A stretch of DNA of 50,965 bases, filler included, from Sphacelaria rigidula (lineage: Eukaryota): NCBI GenBank assembly GCA_964200075.2. It is 3 parts of 3 records of this genome, joined end to end, with 100 filler letters (N's around TTAATTAATTAA, not from the genome) between each part and the next. Parts side by side here need not be neighbours in the genome. Positions count along the whole stretch, not along the records: positions 1 to 16,924 come from CAXNAA020001216.1; positions 17,025 to 33,946 come from CAXNAA020001217.1; 1 more part is not named here. One strand, 5' to 3'. This document shows, one piece after another, positions 13,901 to 23,300 of this stretch. The first letter of the stretch is position 1; each line of letters starts with the position of its first letter. A program made the position numbers and the translations under genes. The notes under the pieces are model-generated. The model had not been told where the DNA came from. It searched no databases and saw only the letters and a program-made list of their open reading frames with translations.

Positions 13901-14283
13901 CTACGACCAGAGCATCACATGCGAAACAAGTGAGAATTTGGACACACAGGTGGAGACGGCGACATTTCAAATATCGATCTCTCATACAAAAGCAAACGCT
14001 CGCTATACTCGACCATCAGAACACATACCTCAGGCTCCATGATGACATCTTGTAGCGCGAGTATGCATGGGTGCTTGGCCTTTCTGAAAGTTCGAATGTC
14101 CTCCCCGACTTGCGCCCTCTCTTCATTTGTCAGGCCAAATATGAACAAGCACTTGACGAGAGCTTTCTTTGACGGCGTAGCCCGGGTTTGGCCTTCGTGA
14201 AGAACGAAAGTCTCTGTCTTGAGTACCTCACGACCTAGCTTGAACAAATCAGAAAAAGACGTGAAGTTGGAATCGGCGGTCAT
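1957..14283 (-). CDS. Multi-exon CaMK-like pseudokinase with the start of a probable C-terminal PH domain (3' end not resolved)
   Basis: Manually spliced, phase-compatible exons: 14283-14029 (MTADSNFTSFSDLFKLGREVLKTETFVLHEG..KALVKCL..EDIRTFRKAKHPCILALQDVIMEPE|GTATGT); 13498-13389 (TAG|DRFCYLIYEHMPGGSLTDLLGTGRQFTEGEVKTMVHR|GTGAGC); 5140-4943 (VLMALEALHSQGLFHGHVTPGRILF..AKLCYLEK..DKDFR); 4492-4352 (DADIVSLGLTAF..LPDLSALGR, GC donor); 2559-2453 (DAIDMMLGTDPSLAIPSATELLGHQWF); 2260-1957 (Pro-rich linker then ALAAWLMKRSNERNALGRRPW|GTGAGT). Kinase subdomains appear in the correct order. An upstream acceptor opens the first exon at 14323, so the start codon is uncertain. Confidence 0.85.
2914..2981 (-). 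pseudogene. Degenerate tRNA-derived SINE-like head
   Basis: The reverse strand reads GCCCGGCGGTCTCAACGTGAC..GGTGATGAGTTCGAATCCCG. It has the same GCCCGG start and a B box like the 46.3-kb element. Confidence 0.4.
3933..3972 (+). repeat. (CA)n / (CACACG)n compound microsatellite
   Basis: CACACACACACACATACATACACACGCACACGCACACGC. Confidence 0.85.
5401..6150. mobile_element. Cluster of four family-A piggyBac-like MITEs (5401-5509 -, ~5573-5677 +, ~5791-5898 +, 6044-6150 -)
   Basis: Same internal motif (GAATCGGCATCAATTTCACTTGAAAA..CCAGATGGACTACC, with variants) and AGGGTTAA/AGGGTTGA ends as the 48.9-kb array. Confidence 0.8.
6433..6797. mobile_element. Two adjacent fold-back MITEs, Tourist/PIF-Harbinger-like (family B)
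   Basis: Copies at 6433-6609 and 6610-6797, each a hairpin with ~80-bp arms. Termini are GGGCGTGTCTT / GGGCCTGTCTT..AGACAGGGCCC, preceded by TGA/TAA. Related ends occur at ~38324, ~38953, ~39595-39736 and ~50710. Confidence 0.7.
7392..7734. repeat. Two short inverted-repeat elements (hairpin 7392-7466; TIR element 7613-7734)
   Basis: GGGAGTCGCAATCTCGGAACGATTTCCC / GGGAAATCGTTGCGAGATCGTGACTCCC, and TCTAAGATTTTTCTCCCTGT / ACAGGGAGAAAAATCTTAGA. Confidence 0.7.
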
Positions 14284-14816
14284 CGCACCGTGGCACTGCT
14301 CAACCAATGGTAAAACAGGTGACCTGCAAACTTCCTCCAGTGCAAAGTGTCGCTGTCGCTGTTACCACTGCTGTTGGTGGTGGTATTGTTGGTGTTGGTG
14401 TTGGTGCTACTCCTGCTGCTTTATGCTGATGTTGTTTTTACCCAGTACAGGTTGACAGCGGAAGATAATCCCGGATGAATGCAGATAGATGCTAAGTGTA
14501 GCATGTGGTCATTCGTTATCTCGTACAGTCGTCATTTTCTACCATTTATTGTGCTCCAACCGCGGGCTTGAACAACAGCTGTGTGAAATAGTATAATAAA
14601 GGAAAAGCCAGCATGCACTTCTACCGACCGCCGGTCAGAGCAGAGCAATGTCAAACGAATCACAGGTATGACATCACCATCAACGCACCCAACGTGCAGA
14701 CGAACCCTGTGCAACGACGCCTTCCTTGTCGATACCAGACGCTCAGCAGCCGGAGACGCGCGTCAATTTTCACGCGTATTTCACTTGCGTGTTAGTATTC
14801 TCCCAACTCGTACGCA

Positions 14817-15005
14817 ATGGGACGCGGTGGTGATGCAGGTGCCTTCGTGGCGCCCGCCAAAATTTTCGTGGCTGAGCACATCGTTTCGAAGTCGCCCCTG
14901 TCTGACCGACCTGTCGAGGAGCTCAGGAAGCTCGCCGAGCAGCGTGGACTAAAGAACGATGGAACTAGAGAGGACTTGCTCGTGAAGCTCAAGCCCTTTG
15001 CTAAG
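14817..15005 (+). CDS. FAD2: Exon 1 of a delta-12 (omega-6) fatty acid desaturase with a SAP-like N-terminal module; remaining exons not found before the scaffold end
   Basis: MGRGGDAGAFVAPAKIFVAEHIVSKSPLSDRPVEELRKLAEQRGLKNDGTREDLLVKLKPFAK followed by donor AAG|GTGTGC. The MGRGG start and EELRK.A...G......RE.LL..L.P(F/Y)A resemble, from memory, the N-terminus of Nannochloropsis-type delta-12 desaturases. No His-boxes are visible in the window. Confidence 0.65.
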
Positions 15006-15923
15006 GTGTGCCATATGCGAAGTGTTCTTAGAGGAGAGAGCGATAAAAGTTCGGTACAAAATTGGTTCGTCATCGTCCCCAATGTGCAGTCCCAACAGAC
15101 CGCTTGCTGTGTGTCGTGGGAGTACGTGGCTCCATTGAGAACTGCTTCGTCTGTGAGAAGTCTCCTCTCATGGCATGGCTTGAGGCATGCGAACAGCGTG
15201 AGCTTCGAGTGAAGGAAGAATGCATGCCCGGTTTGGATCTCGTGGCTGATGCCAAAAGCGGTGGCGCCAGAATTGCCTGAGGCAAAATTTGTACGTGTCT
15301 GTTTTGCTTTCTGTTGATTCCCAGACATGTCGCGTCATGCTGACGTTTGAATCAAAAGATACTGATGAGATTTTGTACCGATTTGTAACGCTCTGCACTT
15401 CCCTCGCGCTCTCGACTCTTTGTTCACATATCTGTCTCGCGAACAGCATTTCGAAATTACAAGCCCAGTCATTAGCCTCTTCGATTGCTCCTCTGATCCA
15501 GTAGAATTTGATGCACATGGATGTGATGGATTTTGTGCACGAGGGTAGGAAAGGAAAGCCATTATGTTGTATGACACGCTGACATTCACTGAACTCTCGT
15601 TCCAATCGCTATCAGAATACCGTTCAAAACAACTGTCTGTCATCACGGAAGACAACAGACAGCTGCCACGGCAGTGCAGCTGCGGACAGATATTAACAGG
15701 TTTACATTCCGATATTACGGTAAAGTTCAGGACCGTATCATCGTCCACACTCGTGCATACTTTGAGCCCAAAGCAATTCTCTTTGCGCGACGGCAACGCA
15801 TGCAGGCCCTGGATTCCGGACAAGGCTGCGATGCTACAGTAGATGCTACAACAGTCAGTAGTACAACTGTAGTAGACCGGACAGTTTTGGCCGTGAAAGA
15901 AAAGAAACGCGGAGGAAAATGAG

Positions 15924-16810
15924 GACGTCATCGACTGGTCGGAAGGACGTGTGCCGAACCTCCGCTGAACAGAACAGACGTTCTATCCCGAGTTACCTAG
16001 GTTTGGTATGCGACAGTGAATTTTTTTCATCGCCTCGTTCTTGACATGGGAAGCAAACCGGCCTGTGGCCGTTCGCGCCCCTCCGTACCACCCTAAACCT
16101 AGGGCGTACAGGAGCGGATGTGATCAATCCACCATAGGTGACCCGAGTAGCCCCAGAGCGTCGAAGGAAACGCGCCTCTAAAGTACATTCTGGATTTGGT
16201 GCAGCGGCTGTGTGCTGCTGCCTCTGATGCAGTGCGCATTCCGGAGAACCATCCCAACAGTCGCTTGTTCCGGTGTGTGGGAAGCACACGCATCAAAGGC
16301 CGCAGTCCAACACTTTGCTTGGTTGCCTAGACAACCTCGTTGACACAACAAAACACAGTACTGCAACACGAGCAGCAGCTCCTCTCTCCCTGCTGTTGTA
16401 TCCCTGTGCATAGGTGTACAGCAACGTCAGTCATGGCCTTGTCGCAGCATGTACTACAGTTATTGGGGTGAAAAAAGGCCTTACCGACCAAAAGTTCGTT
16501 TCCCACAAAAAAAAAAATGCGGAGGGATATTGAAGACGTCATGGACTGTTCGGACCTGTGCCGAGCATAACACACGCTCCATCCGAAGTTACCTAGGTTT
16601 AGTGTGCCACAGATGTAATTTTCTCCTCGCAATTATCTCGAGACAAAAAGCACAACGACCTCTGGAACATCACAGCCCCCCGCGCACACACTAGACCCAT
16701 TAAGCGCTGTAAGCGGGTTTGCTCAATTCGCCACAATGGACCCGAAAAGCCCCAGAACGTTGCAGGAAACGCGTTTTCAATAGATTTCGTGTTTCATACA
16801 GCAGTTTGCG
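15924..16810 (+). repeat. Diverged ~290-bp direct duplication (~15924-16210 and ~16535-16810)
   Basis: Shared ordered motifs: GACGTCAT.GACTG, AGTTACCTAGGTTT.GT.TG, GACCCGA..AGCCCCAGA.CGT...AGGAAACGCG. Confidence 0.6.
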
Positions 16811-16924
16811 AAGTTCTGCGGCCTCCGCGGCACGCATTACGAAAACCTGCTTGCAACACTTGCACGGTTAGGACAAATCATCATGACTCAAAATCACCAA
16901 ATTCACGACTTCTTCGGCCTGATT

Positions 16925-17024
16925 NNNNNNNNNNNNNNNNNNNNNNNNNNNNNNNNNNNNNNNNNNNNTTAATTAATTAANNNNNNNNNNNNNNNNNNNN
17001 NNNNNNNNNNNNNNNNNNNNNNNN
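16925..17024. other. Artificial scaffold-concatenation spacer
   Basis: 44 N + TTAATTAATTAA (stop codons in all six frames) + 44 N = exactly 100 bp. Confidence 0.97.
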
Positions 17025-17779
17025 GTGGTCAACGGTCAAACGACTAAGGCAAGCAACAGATGAGAACGCCCCCCCCCACGTCCCCACAAAACTTTTGGGC
17101 ACTCCGAAGTTGAAAATATCAGGGATTGCAACCAGTCAATCTCCCAATTGATCTATGTGCATGTTGCATTTTATTGGGGAGTACCTCAGGCCATCTGCTT
17201 CCCTGGCGTGACAATAGCTACCCCGAGCCGAGGATGGTCGTAGATGATCGAATTTCAGATCACATAATTCATTCCAACTCTGTTAGACGAAAATAATGAA
17301 ACTAAGACGACACCAAGACGATCGAGCGAGACGTGATCTGGTGTCTACGGATCAGGAGAGAAGTCTACACTATGCACCGTACATATGAATATATCGCATT
17401 GGATCAAGAACCGGATGATCATCAGCAACATTTCGTTCGTGCTGTGGTCATGCAGAGCTTGTGGGTCATAGTTTTTGCCCATCTGCGTTGGTCTCCAGAG
17501 AGATGCTTCGCCAGACACGCAACATGCCGTGTTTTTTTCATGCTGCTAACGAGGTTCCTTGATTAGCCTCCTCGTACTTCAATGGTCCAGCTTCCGACGA
17601 TCAACTGGCACGCTCGGACACCCCTCAATCCCAAGAGAAAGAGACGTTTGGGCGGTATGTGTGTGGCATCCAGGTACATGCTGGATAATAACGTCAGACT
17701 CTTGAGCGGGCAGGGCATTCGCCGGTTATCACGCCCTTTAATCCCCTACTCCTCCCATATCCAACGCTTTCGGGGCCTT

Positions 17780-18010
17780 GATGTGTTGATTTCAATTTAT
17801 GGGTGCCCTCGTCTGCACTTCAACAGAAGCGAGCATTCCGAACCAAACCCGCCCATCGTTTCCACAGAATCGCGTTAAGTAGGGCTATAACGAGTAATGC
17901 CGCGATAGCCCCCCCCCCCAAAAGCAGCCCCAACAGTGTCACGAACAAAACGGTCGTCGAGCGCATGATCGCCGTTAGTTTCAGGTAGCATAAAGCGCCT
18001 CATATGGGCG
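17780..18010 (-). mobile_element. Possible relic of a restriction-like-endonuclease (CRE/R2-type) non-LTR retrotransposon
   Basis: Minus-strand fragments NGDHALDDRFVRDTV and, after a stop codon, SVETMGGFGSECSLLL resemble the GDHAL.C..RH..VRD and VET.GG.G motifs of RLE elements. Heavily decayed. Confidence 0.3.
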
Positions 18011-19099
18011 ACATTGGCGAAAACGATCCCAAGCGTGGGGTTTCCCAGCTGCTTGGTGTGCTCGGCTTTTGTCATTTTGATTCACAAGCGGGAACCGTCA
18101 CACAGAAGGAAAAAAATCCCCCAACTGTACGTCGAGGGATCACCTATTCACATCGGCGACACCACGAGGTAACTCGCACGCTTCATGAACAGAGGGTCTC
18201 GAATCCCAATCCCGGCTGCCATCAAAAAGCCATTTGATGTCAAGTCGGGACAAAACGGTCGTAAGAATGGTGAGGGACCACACAACTGGTGGATGGCTTT
18301 GTGGCAGGAGGAAACAGTGGTTAAAATGGTGGGGGTCCACACAACAACTAGTGGATGACTTCGCAGCGGAGATCAGAAACTCACGGGAAAATCTTCTGTG
18401 GAGATTGTTGGCTTGGGAACCCAACACACGTAAAAGTTATGTGAAGAATCATGTACATCCTCACCACTAGCCAAAATGTTACTCCTACTAATAGTCTCCC
18501 TGTCAAAATAACGAAATAAAACCCTCATAGGAGGGGGGGGGGGTGCATTCATGATCATGCATGCCATAGTCATAAGCCCCTTTACCTCCCATCCCTACCC
18601 AGATAGGACGGAGCACGCNNNNNNNNNNGGCTCGCACTCAACCACCAAGCGCGAAGCGCCGTGGTGTCTTCTTCGGCGAGTCGCATGAAGGGTGTGCTGC
18701 ATCCTGCTGAGATTCTTCGGCCCGAAGTCTACTTATTATCTCGCGTTTGGATGACTGCCTACAATGAGTTGCTTTATTTTGTGGCATCGCCACTTCCAGA
18801 GATAGCCACGTCTTATGCACGGCCTCATGGGTGTCTCACCATGGAGGGGGGGAGGCTGATATGGGAACCACCACATGAACGGAGAAAATCCTCGAAGTGT
18901 CCGTCGAGAAATCACCTTTTCAGATACGTGTAGATTATGTCCCCTCAAACCAGTCGCTTTTCTCGGGCCGGCTATCGTCGCATCGTCTAACGACGACGTC
19001 AATTTCAAATAATTATGTAGCCTGCAGCCTTAATACGTGCACGATAAATTATGCTTGTGAATCAGATCATCAACATATTGAAAAATAAGCGATTCGCAC

Positions 19100-19641
19100 C
19101 TTTGATAGCCCACCGCTGTTTTTTCTGAAGATTACCACACGGCCCCCTCTGTCTCCAGTTGCTAAGTACTCCCCGGTGTGATCGAATTGCACCGCAGACA
19201 GAATATCCGCTAGATGACGTGGAAAATTGAACAGGGGAAGACAGCATCTATTGGTTGAGAAGATAATGCTGGTCCGATGCAGGAATGAGCACCAGGGAAA
19301 AATGAGAGAATGACTTCGCTACTTCTTCACCACTGGGTGTGTTTCGGCTCGAAGGTGGTGGTGGGAAACGCGGGTGGGCGTGATGATGAGTTTGCTATAC
19401 CTTGGGTTACTTCTTCCGCTGGCGAACAGTCGCCGAAACACTGACTGAGCCTGAACTCAGGTTTAGAATCGCCGGGCTCATCACTATCCCCACGTACGGT
19501 GTTCACTGGAGATATTTCCGGTGTGCAACGAAGAGCGTCATTGCTAATAGCAGTAGCACTTGGAGGGGACAGCGGGCGACCGTTGGGAAACGTGGGGAGC
19601 CCGCTCATATCGACCCCGGCGCCATCTCCGAGTGCGAGCAT
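19100..19641 (-). CDS. PPP2R2: PP2A 55-kDa regulatory subunit B (B55/PR55/Cdc55), exons 1-2 (partial gene)
   Basis: Exon 19641-19401 ends ..[21 protein letters not shown] (G|GTATAG). Exon 19209-19100 reads TAG|(A)[42 protein letters not shown]. This matches the B55 N-terminal signature FSQ.FG....ADIISAVEF...[15 protein letters not shown]. An alternative start lies at 19608. Later WD40 exons were not found before the scaffold end. Confidence 0.92.
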
Positions 19642-20347
19642 GAAATGTGTCAGCAGTTAACCGTGGAGGGATAGCGTGACATACGAGGTTGTGACAACCC
19701 CTATGATCCTCTCCACAAAAGATCTTCGACACGGTCCGGTACTGTGTGGGCTCTGTAGTGGTGAGCATGTCCCAAGATCGCGCCGAAACGGAACGGCACA
19801 CTATTGGTGTCATTTTCCAATGATTTCCCCCGTACATGTGGTTTTGATGTTTTTGCTCTGAGCCACAAACCACTCAGTTTCATCCTTCGCCTTTGTCCCA
19901 GGCACACGAAACGCTTCATCCTCAGGCAAGTTCGTATTGACAAAATAAACTTCACGCGAGGTAGAGCATAGTTTTGCCGATACTATCTTGTCACAGAGCA
20001 ATGCCTCTGCGCTTGCCTCTGGATCGGGTTTGATTTGGAAATGTACCTAGCTGCGAGGGTACTTTTTGGTCATGGCAGCAAGTCAAGGATGTGTCGACCC
20101 TGTTCGCTGCCCCGGATGGGCGCTGGAGACGAGCGGTTTGTGGAATGTTGCGTCGTGTATCACGTGTCATGGCCGGCTGTCGGGGTCCTTCGGAGAGTCC
20201 TGTATATCTTTGAGCTGGATCCAACATCGACCGATTCAATCTGTTGTCTGTTGCAAATTGATCGTGCGGGTAGCTAGAAATGTGCAAATGACGCCTGTCC
20301 TGCACTGTGCTTGCCCTGCTCTTTGTTTCTCAGTAACGACTGAACTC

Positions 20348-23300
20348 ATGGCTGATAACTTCGAAGACCCTAGCAAGAAGCGTCGGCTGGACGAAGACGG
20401 CACATCTGCAGCTTTCACCGAGTCCCCCGCAGACTCCCGTAAGGCGAAGCTTGAGTCATGGCTCAAGCCCTTGAACAATGAGCAGCTGTTCAAGCTCCTC
20501 CTTGACATGTACGTTGGCGTTTATTATTGGGTAAACTACGGTTCCGTGCAACCTCGCAGTACTGATACACTTGATGTGGGAATGCACTCGTCTGTGGCGG
20601 GAATCCTGCAGTCATTTCAAAACTTCGGCGCGTCACAATGGTACTCTAGTATAAACATAATCCAAAAAAGTATAGTGTACAATACAGTATCCTTGCAGTA
20701 TCAACACTGTAGTCCACTACGAGTACAGCATGCTAAAGTAAGTACCGGTACGTTGGCATTGTGGGTGGTTTGTTGTCTTCTCAATTTCCGTGTCCCATGG
20801 CTGCTATCGCGGTTGGCACAGACAGTTGACGTCGAGCTAACGTGAGTCGATGTATTCGTACCGACGGCTCCGTTGAACGAGCGAACGCGCTCTCTTCTGT
20901 CTTGTCTTTTGGAGGGTGACTGTTGTTTTTCTCGCTGCTGTCTCACCATTGTTCTTGTCTGGCGTGGCGTGGACTTCTGGCGTGCCTGGATTCCCGTGGT
21001 ATCTACTTCCTGTCAATGCACGGCGTGCTTGGAAACGGCTTGTTGCCATGCATTTCGTGTGCGGGTGTCGTGCCTGATTCTGTCGTGGATTTTGGTGGCA
21101 TTTTGGCTCTTCTGCTTCCTGCTGTTTCAAGTGGGTCTGTGAACCCGAGTGCTTACGACGAGATCCATCGGGCCTGCAATGAGATTCCGGTATGAGAACA
21201 TTGAATTTTCACGTGGTGTTGACTGTAGCATAACCTACACTCGGCATGAAGCAAGCTGTCTTGAAGCATGAAGACTACAGCATGCGTTACCTTCATTCAT
21301 TTTGACTTGAGTTCGAGAGGCCGTGTACGAGGGCATGTAATGTTGCGCTTCGTGTGTAAAGTTGTGATGAGTTGGACGAAGATGGACGATCTTGGGTACA
21401 TTTTTTTGCTCATTCATAGGTGTAGTAATTAACCAGGTCACCGTGGACCATGTTGAGTTTTGAATGCCTTCATGTCCAATTTACAATTTATCGGACGGTG
21501 ACTAGCAATGCCATGTCTCATGGCACGTGGTGTGGTGGCACGTTGATCTGTAGTGCTGCTGTACAGATAACTGCCACGAGCACCGCGGCCATTGCTGTTG
21601 AAGCAGAGGCCCAAATCAGACCATGGACTTTCGTGGGTCGATCCAGGCTGTACAAACAGCTGTGGCTCGTTGAAAACGGCTTGTGAAGACCAGTAGTGAG
21701 AACATTACCGGATGGCATCGGCATACCCTCGAGTATATCACAATTGAAGGTTTGCCATGCTGGAGGGAGGTGGACATGTCCCAATGCCCTAGACTTGATC
21801 TTGTGTAGGCTATGCGTTTGAGGGTTATTCCCAGAGTGCTGTGTACACAGTGTGACCGTTTTTACACGTGGCGAGACGGTCGTCAAAAAGTGGAACATGT
21901 TCACTAAAATGCACTTGTCAGAAGTCTCGCCTCATTCTAGCGATTGTGATGCAGGTGGCGGTACCGAATCGACAGATTTGGAACGGTACGAGATATGCAC
22001 ATCGTATCGTAACATATACAAAGACTCGAGACTCGAGTTCTGCTGACTTGCTTGAAATCAAAAGCATGCACGTGCTCGTTTCGTACTGCATACCTCACGA
22101 TGTTCAGGTGAACAGGAAGATCTTCGTGCGTGGTCTTCCCTGGGAGACTACCGATAGCTCTCTGAGGGCTGTTTTCGAACCGTTCGGAGAAATTATCGAG
22201 GTTGGTTGATGTGAATGGCGGTAAACCTGTAAAGGGTCGAACTGAGCAAGCATTGATGACAATAATTGAAACAACGTTAATCACGTGGCGTGCAACGGTC
22301 AAGAAAGATGATGACAGTGGTCGTGCTTGCCGGAGAAAAGAATTTTCTTGAATGCCGCTGCTCGAGCTTGAACTGAATGACATCGGCCTGACGCGCTGCG
22401 GCTGCATTAAAAATGGTGGAAGATGGGTGGCTTCTTGTTGGAGCGTCCCATCTTCGTCAAATTGAAAAAGATTTTTGTTCGGTTTACTGTGTCCAAGCTT
22501 TGGAAAGTGTCGAACCATCTTCGTGTCTGGAACTTACAATTAGGGAACATGTGATGTTCAAAAGGCACGATCCGAGCGTGTCGAACAAGACTGTTTTTTT
22601 TTAACTTGGAACTGGCGCCATTTGTGTAACTCTCGTCGCGGATGGTTGTCCCGGTACGCTCGCGAGCGTACACAAACGACAATGTGGTCCCAGTGACGTC
22701 GCACAGTTCGAGTTGACGCTCTCTCGATGCACCTTTTGTCCACGATACTCAGTTCATTTCTTCTCGCCCCCCGCGCCGCAGCGCTCTCACTGTCGTCGGG
22801 GTCACCCTTCTTCTCGGAGGTTGTGGGCACCATTTGAAACTTCCATATGTTTCTTCCACGTAGTATGGCACATCGACAGGTCCATGCTAAATAGAAGAAT
22901 GAACATGTTTGACGTTGCCTGGTGACTGCGCAAGCCCCCTTGATCACCTAGTCTCCGCAACAGCATGATGACTTGTCCATGAAATGCAGTGGTGAAAGCT
23001 GTGCCTCCTACAATGCGACAGCCAAGAGTGCTGACCGGGGATGCCCATTTAATGAAAATGACAGATGGAGGACAACGTATTTGGACAACCTGCGAGGATG
23101 TGGGGAATGACCCATGTTTTCATCGTAGAGATGACTCCTAGCGTGCGGGTTGAACTCAGGTTCGGCAATGCTGAAGTCTGACAAGTGACGTAGTCGACGA
23201 ACTCGCGCAAACGCATTTTTTTCAGCCCAAAGTCAGCGTCGGGGTTTCGCTGTTTTTTTGCCGCGATCCATCAAGGTTGGCAGTTTTCGATTAATGATCT

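Noticed and set aside
16969-16980. TTAATTAATTAA as a piggyBac target-site cluster or regulatory motif
   Set aside because: It is centred in symmetrical N runs and repeated identically at 33991-34002, so it is a synthetic linker.
20066-20845. Longest ORF in the track (259 aa) as a single-exon gene
   Set aside because: Only 20348-20508 looks coding. The flanks read through a 5' UTR intron and intron 1.
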